From Octopus vulgaris (Eukaryota): 64,000 nt of DNA. The stretch lies in the NCBI GenBank assembly GCA_951406725.2, contig OX597823.1:58714001-58778000 (forward strand), read 5' to 3'. The translations under genes and the position numbers were made by a program. Shown in pieces: positions 1 through 13,324 of the stretch. The notes under the pieces were generated by a model, which saw nothing but the letters and a program-made list of their open reading frames with translations, did no database searches and was not told where the DNA came from. Numbering within the stretch: the first letter of the stretch is position 1; each line of letters opens with the position of its first letter.

Positions 1-361
1 TTTAAAATGTAAAAGCCCTGCAGCATTTGTAAAATAGCTTGCTGTTGTTTCAATAGATATTTGTTTGAAAATAATGAATGGTCTTAAAAAAAATTATATT
101 TAAGCATTATACTTCATTACTTCAAAACTTTCGTGAAGATATTTTATCAAGAATTCTTTGTGTGCTTGTCTGTGTGTATGTGTGTATGTGTGTGAGTGTA
201 AGTGTATGTATGTGTGTGTGTGACTTTTGTTATGAAGAAAAAGTAGATATAAAAACTGCCTAGATGATTAGGAAGGAATATTTTTTTCCTTGTGTTTCAT
301 TCTATTTCAATTATGCACACACAAACGCACACACACATACTTACATTTAAACAAAACCAAG

Positions 362-745
362 GATCCGGATAGAAGGCCCAACACCTGTTGCGGAAATCGT
401 TTTCCTCACCATTAAAACCTCACCTCTAAACTGCACTGATTTTTTTTACGCACTTAGGGACCAATTTTTCACCTGTGAGGCATCTCATGTACTGTTCAAC
501 CAAACTGAACTGGCTTTCGTCACTGAAAAATACATGCGACCAGTTGTCGTTCATCCAAAGTACATGCTCGTTGGTAAAGACTAACCTCGGTTTTCGATTC
601 TTCATATTGATGAAAGGTTTAATGGCGACGGAACGGGTATGAAGTCCGACTTCCTCCAAACGACGAGTCACAGTCTTCCGAGATGCCTTCATCGCGTTAT
701 CCCGATTTATTTGGCGAGAAGTTTCTACAGCAGTATCGAAACGGT
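362..745 (-). pseudogene. Tc1-family DDE transposase fragment
   Basis: ORF 426-692 has a Tc3-type HTH segment (TVTRRLEEVGL..KP) and WSHVFFSDES with the first catalytic D. After a frameshift it continues as FRGEVLMVRKTISATGVGPSIRI, similar to Tc1 GGGSVMVWG.IS..GVGPL. No TIRs seen. Confidence 0.85.
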
Positions 746-1035
746 CTCTCTCCTTATATATATATGTATATACATTTGTGTATGTGTGTGTGTGTATGTT
801 TGTGCATTTATGTATATATATATATGTATATACATTTGTGTATGTGTGTGTGTGTATGTTTGTGCATTTATGTATATATATGTATAAATAAGTACTTGGT
901 TTGCTTTTCAGTATTTACCATTAAAGAGGAAAGAATCACTTTTAGGCTAAAGTAAGTTAAGTTGAAAAACATGCATAGAGAGGACGAAATAGTTTTAACT
1001 TTATTCAACTTATATATATATATATATGATATATA

Positions 1036-1222
1036 CAGTAAATCCCAAAAAGAAGAAACACAAGAAAACAACAATGCGAGGAAGCGGTACATATAATGTA
1101 TTAGGAAAATAAAGAAAGGTGGTTTAGCGTTTCGAGCAGATGCTCTTCTTCGGAAATAGAGGAAAGTCCAATAGAAGGGAAGACGGAGGAAGAAAATCGC
1201 CAACGATTCACATTTTGAAATG
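1036..1222 (-). mobile_element. Short Penelope-like element end with a degenerate minimal hammerhead
   Basis: Homologous to 40223-40428. Minus strand 1156-1123 reads ttt CCGAAGA A GAGC atct GCTC GAAA CG C T aaa. The element abuts (TA)n. Confidence 0.6.
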
Positions 1223-1850
1223 ACCGTATGTATCTTGTTATCTGTGATTAATTTTTCTCTGTTTTGGTTGTAACATAACACAGATGTTCGAATAACAGTA
1301 TGGTTAATATTATTTTCACTGAGACCCTCCATCTTTATTCATTAGCCACTATTTTCTGCTGTCATTTTTCCATCTCCCTTCTTCCATCTTTCCCTCTCTT
1401 GTTTAATCTCTCTCTCACCTTTCTTTTGGTTCCTCATTGCCTTGTCTGTTTCCTCTTCCTGTACTCTTCTCCGCAATTTTTTCTCTTATAGAATGCCCTT
1501 TTCATTTCCCATAATTCTACTTACAACGCTTGCTTGATTTTGTTTTTAACAGCTACGCTTTAAATCACTTCATTTTTCACTGCTCCCCAGACACTCTTCG
1601 TTACACCGTGTTCAAGTAATGTCCGAAATTACTTATTTTACTCTCAATATTACATCTCCACAACACTGTCCTTGCTGGTCTCTTTTGTTTTATCCCAGTC
1701 GAAATTCACTGTTTAGCATCCTTTTTTATTTTGTCATTTGTCAGGGTTATATCAGCCGAAAATATCTTGTATTTTCCGTATGTTAATATTGTTATGTCGA
1801 AGCTCCTAATATTTGATTGCACATATTAATCTATTATATATGTATATATG

Positions 1851-1884
<34 letters not shown>

Positions 1885-2029
1885 TGTATGTATGTATGTA
1901 TGTATGTATGTATGTATTTATGCATGTATGTATGTATATATATATGCATGTATGGTTGTATGTATAAATGTAAATATATCTATCTATCTATCTATCTATT
2001 TTTTTCTCTCTCTTTCTCTCTCTCTCTCT

Positions 2030-2074
<45 letters not shown>

Positions 2075-2077
<3 letters not shown>

Positions 2078-2278
2078 TAAAGCCTCGACTATCGCGAGTG
2101 TTACGCACCAAAGCCTCCGACAAAAATAATTAAAATCTGAAATTATAAATACCTATCGACCGCAGAAACCCGGATATACTGAGGAGTCCACGATATAAAT
2201 TTACATATATTAGCCAGAAAAATCCACATTGTACTGAGTGCTCGATAGGTGAACCGTGATATGGTAAAGGATTGCTAT
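2075..2278. mobile_element. pogo/Tigger-like MITE, degraded
   Basis: Begins TA|CAGTAAAGCCTCGACTATCGCG and ends ggtgaaccgtgatatggtaaaggattgctata. Same family as 34046-34263. Confidence 0.6.
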
Positions 2279-2306
2279 ATAGAGAAATATATATATTCAT
2301 ACATTA

Positions 2307-2438
2307 TATCTGTAAAATTAATATGTGACAATTATTCGGCCAGATAACTGAAGACGTGGCGGTGTGGGTTTCCGCCCGACGAAACTCAGAGTTTTATCAT
2401 GGCTACCAAATAATTGTCACGTATTAATTTTACAGATA
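2307..2438. repeat. 33-bp inverted repeat enclosing the hammerhead
   Basis: 2307-2339 matches the reverse complement of 2406-2438 at 31/33 positions. Confidence 0.9.
2343..2398 (+). ncRNA. Type I hammerhead ribozyme motif
   Basis: Stem I GATAA(2343-47)/TTATC(2394-98). Core CTGAAGA at 2348-54. Stem II GT-GGCGG/CCGCC-(CG bulge)-AC. GAAA at 2381-84. Quasi-palindromic stem III ACTC-A-GAGT. Cleavage triplet GUU. Confidence 0.8.
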
Positions 2439-2733
2439 CATTCCTCTATTTACATAATATCGAGGTCTCTTTCATTCTTTTGTTGTCTTAACATTTCTAT
2501 CAATATTAATACATTATATATATATATATATATACACACACATATATATATATATATACATATGTTCTCCTATAGTTATCGCCTCAATGTCCATATTTTT
2601 ACAGTTAATGTCTTGTGTCATGAAACATTTGCCTGACAGAAAATTTGTTTAAATCTACAGGAAAGTTGAAAGCTATTAAAACTGTTGCTAAAATGTTCCA
2701 AAATCGTAGCAAAATGCGCGCACGCACACACAG

Positions 2734-2791
<58 letters not shown>

Positions 2792-4018
2792 GCACACATA
2801 CATATAAATATTACGAACAAGTCGATGCTTCACTCCATTTCTACTCTGTGTTTTAAATAAGATTACACACACCATATGCACACACGTACTCAGACATGTA
2901 CACGAGCACATATAAATACATGCATACACACGCATACACACACACACACACACAAACATCCCCCCACACACATGGGCTCTCAGAGGAGTGAAGGCAAAGC
3001 TAACGTTAGGCTTGCATCTTTTGGTGCCGATTAAAATTATTCCAGTAATCCACCACTGTCGTTTGGAGGAACTGTTGCAAGACCAGAAATGATGCCTTGC
3101 AGTAAGTGTACTTTCTCTTTGTGTCTTGAGAGTAGCGTCTGCGAAGAGTATAGTCTGCCAAGTTTTCGACCCATCAAGGGAAGGTCTTGTGTAAGCATGG
3201 TCAACCCAGACATTTATGTGCATATTCATGACCCACCTTCATCAATGGTGTTCCTGTGAGTTAAGAGATTTGGCTTATGGTTATTTTTAATCTCTTAAAT
3301 ATGATAAGAGCATCGAGTTCCTCTTTCGTGCACGTTAAGGTATCACTCTTTGGGTCAGTGAACGGCATTTTCGCAACACAATACGGGTTCTTCAGAAGCT
3401 ATTCACGAGCATTTTGCTTTCCATTCTTGACTCATATCAGCGAATATTTCGTTGAACAATGCAGCATTTCCTTTTTAAATCCTCGTACATCAACGAGTGG
3501 TCAGATTTTTCATCTTCCTCCGCACATTTCCATTGTTTTCTTGAGCAGAAACTAAACCTAACACTAACCTAATATTAAACCTGGCCACAACCACTAACCG
3601 TAAGTCCTAACCCTAAACTATCACAAAAACAGAGTGTTACCGTCTTCAGTCACCTCATTCTGTTTATCTCTATTTCTAGACGTCCGTATTTGAATAATTG
3701 GCCAATTAATTGCAAAATTTGATTATAATTGTAAATATTATGATTGTAAAATGTGATCAATCTGAATAAAAGAAGATATTCTGATAAGATATTCAGATCG
3801 ATTCTTTGTGTGGGACATGTTTAAGCCCGGAATTATGGGTTAAAACAAGATTCTAATGAAAATAAACACCACCATCCTTCACCTGCTTTATTTGAAAGAA
3901 ACAAGAGAAAGAGTATAGTAGAAATTTCTGTTGGAAGTAAAAATGCAGCAAATTTCTCAAACGAGATGAATGTAAAAGTCTTCACTTTTTCTTTTATTTC
4001 CCTACTCTCAACTTTATG

Positions 4019-4045
4019 CTGAAAAAGTACTCTGTCCGAAACGTT
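4019..4045 (+). ncRNA. Degenerate minimal hammerhead motif
   Basis: CTGAAAA A GTAC tct GTCC GAAA CGTT. G8 is mutated, stem II has one mismatch and stem I is not evident. Confidence 0.4.
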
Positions 4046-4604
4046 AGCTACTCTAATCCTTATTGTGCTCTTACTGTCTTTTTACACATGCTCACACACA
4101 CACACATTATTTAAATATATATATACATCTCTATATGTACATTTATGTATATTATATATATAAACTGAGAGAGTTAGAGGGAGAGATATAGATAGATTAA
4201 TAGATAAATAGAGAGAGAGAGAGAGAGACAGACAGAGGAAGAAAGAGAGAGATAAAGAGGAAAGAAGCAAATTTTTATATCGGATATTTTAAATGAACAT
4301 AGTGTTCTTTCTTCGAATAGACAATTTTTCGCTCTAATTTAATAAAGGCTTGCGAAAAACGGGTTTGTTCATAGGAGGTATTATCAATACAGCTGAAGTG
4401 AAATAGATCCAAGCTGGAATTGAAATCGCAGTGCATTGATAAACAACGCTGGCGATGGGGAATGATGGATTTTTGTTTATGAACATCATACTGCTTAAAA
4501 TCAAATAAGTGCTCTTACCTGGATACGCGTGCACCGCACACATTTATACGCACAGAACATGCACACAGGTACACACTCCACACTCCACACACTGCGACAT
4601 ATAT

Positions 4605-5445
4605 CTTTTACCACTTACTTATTTTAGTCACTAGACTGTGACCATGCTGGGGCACCGTCTGGAAGGGTTTTAATCGAATGAATCGCCCCCAGAGTTTATT
4701 TGTAAGCTTGGTACTCATTCTACTGGTCTCCTTTGCCTAACAGCTGTGTATGGGGACGTAAACGAAACAGCACTGGTTGCCACGCGGCGGTGGTTGACAA
4801 AGGCAAACTCATACACACACATACAAACACTGATACACACAGAAACACACACACAGATACTCAGACACACAGACACACACACACACACACATATATGACA
4901 GGCTCCTTTCAGTTTCCATCTAACAGACTCACTCACAAGGCTTTGGTCGGCCCATGGCTATAGTAAAATACACTTGCCTAAGATAACCACACAGTATTGG
5001 AAGCACTCCGTCGGTTACGACGATGAGGGTTCCGGTTGATCCGAATCAACGGAACAGCCTGCTCGTGAAATTAACGTGTAAGTGGCTGAGCACTCCACAG
5101 ACACGTGTACCCTTAACGTAGTTCTCGGGGATATTCAGCGTGACACAGAGAGTGACAAGGCCGGCCCTTTGAAATACAGGTACAAGAGAAACAGGAAGAA
5201 AGAGTGAGAGAAAGTTGTGGTGAAAGAGTACAGCAGGGATCACCACCATCCCCCGCCGGAGCCTCGTGGAACTTTAGGTGTTTTCGCTCAATAAACACTC
5301 ACAACGCCCGGTCTGGGAATCGAAACCGCGATCCTATGACCGCGAGTCCGCTGCCCTAATCACTGGGCCATTGCGCCTCCACAACCACACAGTAGGACCG
5401 AACATAGAACCATACGGTTGGGAAATAAACTTCTTGCCACTCAGT
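4605..5445 (-). mobile_element. SINE family A (tRNA head, CORE-like segment, internal microsatellite), interrupted by a nested SINE
   Basis: Reverse complement of the copy at 10153-10560. Its head resumes at 5395-5445 after the nested insertion. Confidence 0.85.
4997..5382 (-). mobile_element. SINE family C (tRNA-derived head, tail type 1) with 12-bp target-site duplication
   Basis: Head gtggaggcgcaatggcccagtgattagggcagcggactcgcgg...ggtttcgattccc has A/B-box-like motifs. TSD aaccacacagta at 4985-4996 and 5383-5394. Confidence 0.9.
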
Positions 5446-6505
5446 CACTCATATATATATATATATATATATATATACACTCATACACTGACCATCATAT
5501 ATATCGTCATATACACATTATCTTTCATTAATAGCCTCATGCATTTGCACGGTGATGTAGTCAGCTATCGTGTAGAATCTTTACGAATTACATACATCAT
5601 CATTTTCTGGTTCGAGTGTTGTGCGGTTGAGTTTGTATGTAATACTCCTGTGAGTTGCATGTTGCGGTGCCTGCAAATGTATTCAAGTCAAGTTTAGATA
5701 TATTATTTTTGGTATCAACAGTTCGTCTTTATTTTAGTTTTGTTTGCCTGAAACTCCACTTTAGCTGGAAGCAAATAGCTAAGATTAAAAATCAAGATGG
5801 GAAAATTCTTTTAGCTTGTTTTCTAGATTTCTACAAATGTTCTAGTTATAACCTGATTATAGAATTTCATTATCTCTTGGATGAATGAGAAAAGCAATAA
5901 CGAAACGAAAACAAACAATACAATGCCAAAAAAAAAAAAAAAACCCAATAGAAACAAAGCAACAACAAAAATAAAACACACCTGATATCGATGCAATGCT
6001 GAACAGGCAAACAGTTTTCTGTATAGCCTGTAGCAGTTTTGGTAGAAAATACTTAAGAAAAAAGAAAAAAAGAAAAAGAATGTAAGAAAGAAAAAGAATT
6101 GGTTTCAAGCTGTTAAGAAACTAAAGGTATTTATGTGGAATAAATAATATCTCTTTTGATATAAAGACTTCCAAAAATTTTCAAGCCAAATAGAAAAAAA
6201 AAGTTAATATCAGAAAAATGAAACATAATAGAAATAAAATTAAATATAAAGAAAAATATAATACGGAAATTTTACTTAAAAGCAAATAACCATGCTTTCA
6301 AATTATCTTGATTTTGTATACAATATTCTTTCTATAGCTAACAATTCACGATCTTTATTAATCAGGTCTATTTCAGTGAGTGTAAATGTGTATGAAATAT
6401 ATATATATCCACTTCAATTTCTCCAGCACTGCCTCTCTCTCTCTGCGCACACACTTTTACTTACTAATGCACGCGCATGTTATATATACTTTCTTTCTCC
6501 CTCGC

Positions 6506-6566
<61 letters not shown>

Positions 6567-6572
6567 CATGTA

Positions 6573-6608
<36 letters not shown>

Positions 6609-6964
6609 CTTACATACATGTAGACATACATATACACCGATACACATGTGTGGTTACTCTTTCAAGAATCGAACAAACTGCAAACAACTATGTATGCAAG
6701 CTGTGCCGTAATAATTTTGGCACCAAGAGGGGCTTGAAGATAATCTAGCAATGACTTGTAGGAAGAGGACAGAACAGTGTGGATCATCTGATGCTAACCA
6801 CCGCGTATCGACAAATGCTACAGCAAATACCTCTTCCTAAGAGGAAACCACAGATTATGTGACTAATGCATCCGATAGTACTCATAAGAAACCAAAGGTT
6901 CTGTGGCCCGCTGCTACTGAAAAAAGCAAGAGATAAAAAGTTTGAAAGCAAGTTATGTAAGCAA

Positions 6965-7852
6965 TGGTGTGCATAACATTGGGGACTTCAGTGGGACGAG
7001 CGCAGAGCCATCTGCCATTTCTCCAGTTCACTTTTTGATCCAGGACAAAGTTCTTCTCATCTGATAAGAACCAGAGTATGTCGGGTTCCTCGGGTTGCTT
7101 GAGTTTGTTCAGGAAGCGCTAGTATCGGATCACGAGGTTCTCCCGGGCCTTATCAGACATGTACTGCTCTCTTCTTATAACACAGGATTTGTACCTGATG
7201 TCTTCATGCACCACATGTCTAAGCGTTCACACCTACTTAGGGAGATGATTGGCAATGGCCATCATTGGCTTGCCGGGATTTTCATTAATAATACCTTTGA
7301 TTTGCTGAACAAACTTGACTTTTCTGACACTCTTTGTCCGCCGAGATCGCTCTTCTTTTAGCTACGGAAGAAACAGTCTCGCTAGAGGCCAGTAGCTTTT
7401 TCTGATTTTGAACACAAAGAACCTGACAACATTTAGAAAGTTTATAAGCGCAGATCACTGGGGTGAGCAGCTAAAGTGGCAGCAACAGCAGGCATTTTCA
7501 TCGTCTGCGTTAGATTCGAAGCTTCCCTGTTGGGACTGAACACAGAGAAGGTATGGCGAGCTGGCAGAAACGTTAGCACGCCGGGTGAAGTGCTTAGCTG
7601 TATTTCGTCTGTCTTTACGTTCTGAGTTTAAATTCCGCCGAGGTCAACTTCGCTTTTCATCCTTTCGGGGTCGATAAATTAAGTACCAGTTACGCACTGG
7701 GGTCGATGTACTCGACTTAATCCGTTTGTCTGTCCTTGTTTGTCCTCTCTGTGTTTAGCCCCTTGTGGGTAGTAAAGAAATAGGTATTCAAATAAAGTTT
7801 GTGCCAGTTATGGCTCTTAAACGTTTAGCTCTGAAATAGCTGACACACCCTG
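6965..7852 (-). pseudogene. Tc1/mariner (probably DD37D/maT-like) transposon 5' half, interrupted by a SINE
   Basis: Minus-strand translation IRYKSCVIRREQYMSDKARENLVIRY*RFLNKLKQPEEPDILWFLSDEKNFVLDQKVNWRNGRWLCARPTEVPNVMHT. TIR-like end CAGGGTGTGTCAG at 7852-7840. Confidence 0.8.
7555..7788 (+). mobile_element. SINE family B (central domain resembling the MetaSINE Meta domain), tail type A
   Basis: gagctggcagaaacgttagcacgccggg...gccgaggtcaacttcgcttttcatcctttcggggtcgataaattaagtaccag...agtaaagaaa. About 20 related copies occur in the window. Confidence 0.85.
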
Positions 7853-8624
7853 AATATATATATATCTAATAAATGATGCACCAGCCAAACAAAAATGATC
7901 TCGATGGTGTTCCGTGTGACGTGAAACTGTAAATTCCGCATTAACCTCAACATAAATGACATTTCAAAAGCAATTTTACTTTATATAGAATTTTCTTTAT
8001 TAGAAATATTCATATCATCAGTTTTTATGACAAGCGATTTGTCAACAACTGACGCGATACAACGCAACACCTCACTTGTAGTATGCTGGATATCTTTCAT
8101 CTGTACAGACACAGTTATGAACAAGTTCGCTGGATTTATGGAAAGTGTCACATTCTGAAAACGTTATACAAGCAGCAGATGACAATTGTTTAATTTTGAA
8201 CAACATGTAGAGGTTAATCTTGTACAACGACATTTGGTACTATTAATAAGAATAAATGGTCGAATTGAAATACCATTTATAACATACACGTTTGATTTGA
8301 AATCTATAGGAAGATTTAGATTTTGTGACAAGAGACGTAATGGAGAGCAGAAAGAGAAAAAGGAAGAGAGGGTGAGAGAGATAGAAATAAGAGAGTACCA
8401 AGGAGAGATATTACTAATAGATAATTATATATATATATATGCGTATTTTCTCTCTGTTTCTGTATCTGTGTCTCTCTCTCTATTTTGTTCCTCTCTCGCA
8501 CTCATTCTCTATTCAATATGTATGTATGTATGACTTTCTCCCCTCCTCTTCCTCTGTACACACACACACACACATTTCTTGTTGCTAGAGAAGATTTTAT
8601 TCATATATGCGCGCACACACACAC

Positions 8625-8711
<87 letters not shown>

Positions 8712-8712
8712 C

Positions 8713-8758
<46 letters not shown>

Positions 8759-8872
8759 ATATGTATATTTAGAAAATTATATATACACATTATTACTTAT
8801 TATTAAACACATACACACACGCACACATATACCGAATATATATCGAAAGAGAGAGAGAGAGGGAGAGAGAGA

Positions 8873-8920
<48 letters not shown>

Positions 8921-9364
8921 CCTAAGACAAACAGACAGATGGATAGATAAATAAAAAGGCACATAGATATATACATACGCATACTCTCCCTCGCTCTCTC
9001 TCCCTCTCTCTCTCTCTTTCACTCACACATATACACACATATACAGTGGTATTTCATTGTCGCACACAAGTGTAATACTCCGGCTGACGCATTGAAAGTC
9101 CCAACCAAGACCATTCATTTCTCAAGCACACCAAAGAGTAACGGCTATCTAACATTCTTTACCAGAGACCAACCTAACAATAATCATCTAAGTATCCCAA
9201 GATTGCAAGAGATATCCATAGTACCTTTACTTTGTAAATAGAATTACAGCTATTTAGTCTACCGGGACGAGTTTGAATATACAGCTCGTAAATTCTGGAC
9301 CATGTTTGACAAAATGTTTATCTGGGAGTCGGCTCATATACGGCAACCATATTGCCAACTATCC

Positions 9365-9602
9365 TTTTACTCTTTTACTCTTTTATTTATTTCAGTCATG
9401 TGACTGTGGCCATGCTGGAGCACATCTTTTAGTGGAGCAAATCGACCCCAGGACTTATTATTTTTAAGCCTAGTACTTATTCTAACGGTCTTTTTTTTCG
9501 AACTGCTAAGTTACGGGTACATAAACACACCAGCATCAGTTCTCAAGTGATGTTGGTGGGGGTGGAGGTCAAACACAGACGCACAAACATATACACACAC
9601 AT

Positions 9603-9641
<39 letters not shown>

Positions 9642-9812
9642 CGTATATACAACGGGCTTCTTTCAGTTTCCATCTACCAAATCCACTCACAAGGCTTTGG
9701 TCGGCCCGAAGCTATAGTAGAAAATACTTGCCCAAGTTGCCACGCAATGGGACTGAACCCGGAGCCATGTGGTTGGTAAGCAAGCTACTTACCACACCAC
9801 CACTCCTACGCC
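9365..9812 (-). mobile_element. SINE family A
   Basis: Full-length reverse-complement copy with internal (CA)/(TA) tract. Confidence 0.85.
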
Positions 9813-9846
9813 TATATATATATATATATATGTGTGTGTTTGTGTG

Positions 9847-10146
9847 TGTAGGTGCAATGGCCCAGTGGTTAGGGCAGCAGACTCGCGGTTTCGATTCTCA
9901 GACCGGGCGTTGTGAGTGTTTATTGAGCGAAAACACCTAAAGCTCCACGAGGCTCTGGCATGGGGGTGGTGGCGATCCCTGCTGTATTCTTTCGCCACAA
10001 CTTTCTCTCACTCTTTCTTCTGTTGGCCTGCTCATTTAGCCAGAGGAGTGGCGTCATTTGGAGGCTAAAATAATGCGAAGCGCATTGTGACCAGCGATGT
10101 GTAGCAACATCTGATTGCCTGGTCGGTCGCGGTGATCACTGTGATA
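9847..10146 (+). mobile_element. SINE family C, tail type 2
   Basis: Same head and body as 4997-5382 up to ctcactctttcttc, then an unrelated tail (gcattgtgaccagcgatgtgtagcaacatctg). Confidence 0.85.
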
Positions 10147-10152
10147 TATATG

Positions 10153-10560
10153 TGCAGGAGTGGCTGTGTGGTAAGTAGCTTGCTAACCAACCACATGGTT
10201 CTGGGTTCAGTCCCACTACGTGGCATCTTGGGCGAGTGTCTTCTGCTATAGCCCCGGGCCGACCGATGCCTTGTGAGTGGATTTGGTAGACGGAAACTGA
10301 AAAAAGCCTGTCGTATATATGTATGTATATATGTATGTGTGTGTGTGTGTTTGTGTGTCTGTGTTTGTCCCCCTAGCATTGCTTGACGACCGATGCTGGT
10401 GTGTTTACGTCCCCGTCACTTAGCGGTTCGGCAAAAGAGACCGATAGAATAAGTACTGGGCTTACAAAGAATAAGTCCCGGGGTCGATTTGCTCGACTAA
10501 AGGCGGTGCTCCAGCATGGCCGCAGTCAAATGACTGAAACAAGTAAAAGAGAACAAGAGA
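10153..10560 (+). mobile_element. SINE family A, reference copy
   Basis: tRNA-like head gcaggagtggctgtgtggtaag...ggttcagtccc, CORE-like cttgggcgagtgtcttc, internal microsatellite, and tail ending gactgaaacaagtaaaagag. Confidence 0.9.
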
Positions 10561-10908
10561 GAAAGATATATATATATATATATAGGTTAAATAATGTGGA
10601 GAATCCTATCAAAGATTTGTGCATACATTTGCAGGCTTACGTGGCGAAAACTAATTACATAATGACAAAGACAGATCATGCATTTATAAAGAGGACAATC
10701 CATGTTTAAGTGCACTTTAATACAGCTGCTTCTGTATATGATGGATGAATTGTCATTCATGCACACATAGTGATGTGTCTGTACATATGTATATTCTCCA
10801 TATTCGTACTAATGTGTGTGTGTGTATACATATTCACACATATATAGGTATGCATTTATATATGCATGTGTGTATTTATATGTATATATACATGCACAAA
10901 GACACACA

Positions 10909-10956
<48 letters not shown>

Positions 10957-11310
10957 AAAACGCAAGTTCACACACATATACACATGCACACACACACACA
11001 CATATATATGCACACGTACACACACAGACATATATACATGCATGTACACATACACTCACACCGTACAAAGACACATAAGTAAAGACACGCGCGCGCACAC
11101 ACATACATATATACACATGCATGCATGCGCGTGCGCATACACAAACATATATGTATACACACACATAAATATAATATATATATACATACATGCAAATACA
11201 CATACACACACTGTACACACATATTCATATATTTTCAATACTTCTGCGAGTATAATCATTGAAGTTATATACCTCTAAAACTTTCATATGATATTATAGT
11301 TCTGATTCCA

Positions 11311-11527
11311 GCGGCGAGCTGGCAGAAATGTTAGCACGCCGGGCGAAATGCTTAGCGATATTTCGTCTCTATTTACGTTCTGAGTTCAAATTACGCCGAG
11401 GTCGAATTTGTATTTCATCCTTTCGGGGTCGATAAATTAAGTAGCATTTGCGTAGTGTGGTCGATCTAATCGACTGCACCCCCCCCCCACTCAAAATTTC
11501 GAGCCTCGTTTCTAAAGTAGAAACAAA
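11311..11527 (+). mobile_element. SINE family B, tail type B
   Basis: Same head and central domain as 7555, but the tail is ccc..aaaatttcgagcctcgtttctaaagtagaaa. Confidence 0.8.
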
Positions 11528-13324
11528 TATAGTTCTGGTTCCGTTTCAAATTTTTTTAACAAGTATAATTTCGGCAATTTTTGTTTTTGTGCATTCGTTA
11601 GAAACGGATTTCTAGCTCAGTATTAAATGACTACAACATTAGACATGAAACTGGCGCTGGAGTTGTGTGCATATTAACACCCCGTGTTGGTCTCCCGATG
11701 TATGGCCATTGAAGGATAAAAATATTCCCTCTATAGGCACAAAAATGATCTATTATGTTACATTCTCAAAAACAAAATACAAAAATTAACCTTAATGCGT
11801 AAAATATGAAAGGGAAAATAATTAATTATAGCTGGTTTTACATACTCTTTGCCAATAATTTTTACTGTACCCGATAGTGGTTGAAAAAGACTTGTTAAGC
11901 TTACCTTCTAAGGTCCTTCACGCTACTGAAAATACCTACCCCATTTTACTCTAAAATAGCAACCAGAAATAACGCACAAGTACAAACCTCTACATAAGTC
12001 TGATATGACAGCAAAATGCGTGTACGAGGTTATCTCAAGGCCCTGACCAAGCAGCGCTTCAAATTTGTCTAGTTTCGGGTATTATGTCTCACTATTTGAT
12101 GGGTAATTAGTATTTTCATAAACTGTTGGCTTGCTACACACCGCCATTTACTTCTCAATGTGAGATGTTCCCAATAAACGATGCTGATGGTCAACGAATT
12201 TATGATGCCATGACATATATCCCACGACATCTCAAAAGCTGGTGACACTTTCCGAAAAGAATTTTTCCATAAAATAATCGTTTTGAATACCTGAAATCAC
12301 TGAAACGGATGGCATGACAAATCTATCGCATATGGTGCGTGATAAGGTGAGCTTCTATTCTCAACTAAAAGGTCTTTCCCAGCATTTCTGTGACATGTGT
12401 AAAGAATATTAATCTCATGTTTAATATGTGCTTTAGACTCGCTCAAAATTTTGTTGTGACGTCGAGACATGATCCATACCTCAGATGAATATAACAGGCG
12501 CATGTAATGACGCAAGCGTCGTAGATGCAAGGATTTGTAAATTCAAGTCCCTATCTGACCAGACCCGTTACTTCATTGTCTCAAACACAACTGAAACCTC
12601 AATCCTCAAGTCAAATTTCAAAATTAGTGATCCATTCTCTGAGAAAAGAGGTCAAAATATACAAGAGAATCCAGTACTTAAAATCTGGTTCTTTGGACAA
12701 GTATATTTGGGGCAGGCATAAACAAGAGGTCGTATTGCAGTAACTTCATTCTCTGGCATTAAAGTCATCAGCAGAATTTTGTCACAAGTCAGTGTATTTC
12801 TAAGTCTCTTATCGAAAAGAAGTAGAACTTCTGTTGAGTGAAAAGTTGATGTATAAACAGAGAAAAATATCATATGGAGTTTAATAATAGAGTCACTTAC
12901 ATTGGATGTTAACTCCTCTAACCTATTACCTTAGTTATTCCTGATCAGAAAGATAATGCCATCCTCTATGTTTTGATTCGTTGGCCTGCCAAATCAAAAG
13001 ACACTGTAGTCATTTCAATAAGTTGATAATCGTGTCGCAAAAAAGGGATTGCAACAAGAGCAGTACAGCGCTCAAGTCAGGTGGTCTTTCCATTAGCCTG
13101 TAGGATTCGCATATTCCAGTAGCATATCGGTAGATGTAGCATTCGCGTGTTTATGTTTTCTCACTTTATATTTACTATTTACATGCTACATTTGCTGGTT
13201 CCACTGAAATAAACATTTGTTAGTCGCAATAAAGTAACAGGCGGGTTGTGGGCAAACAACGTTTGGCACACCTTATATGTGTATGTGTGCGTGCGCGTGC
13301 GTCTGTATGTGTGTGTGTAAATAA

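Noticed and set aside
3553-3620. aaccctaa-like motifs
   Set aside because: Too short and degenerate to call an interstitial telomeric array.
8070-8235. Minus-strand frame of about 53 codons (MSLYKINLY...CVCTDERYPAYYK) ending at a donor-like gtgagg
   Set aside because: No recognisable homology or partner exons, and the length is compatible with chance.
10153-10225. tRNA-like A/B box sequences in SINE heads
   Set aside because: No complete cloverleaf, and they continue into SINE bodies, so they are not tRNA genes.
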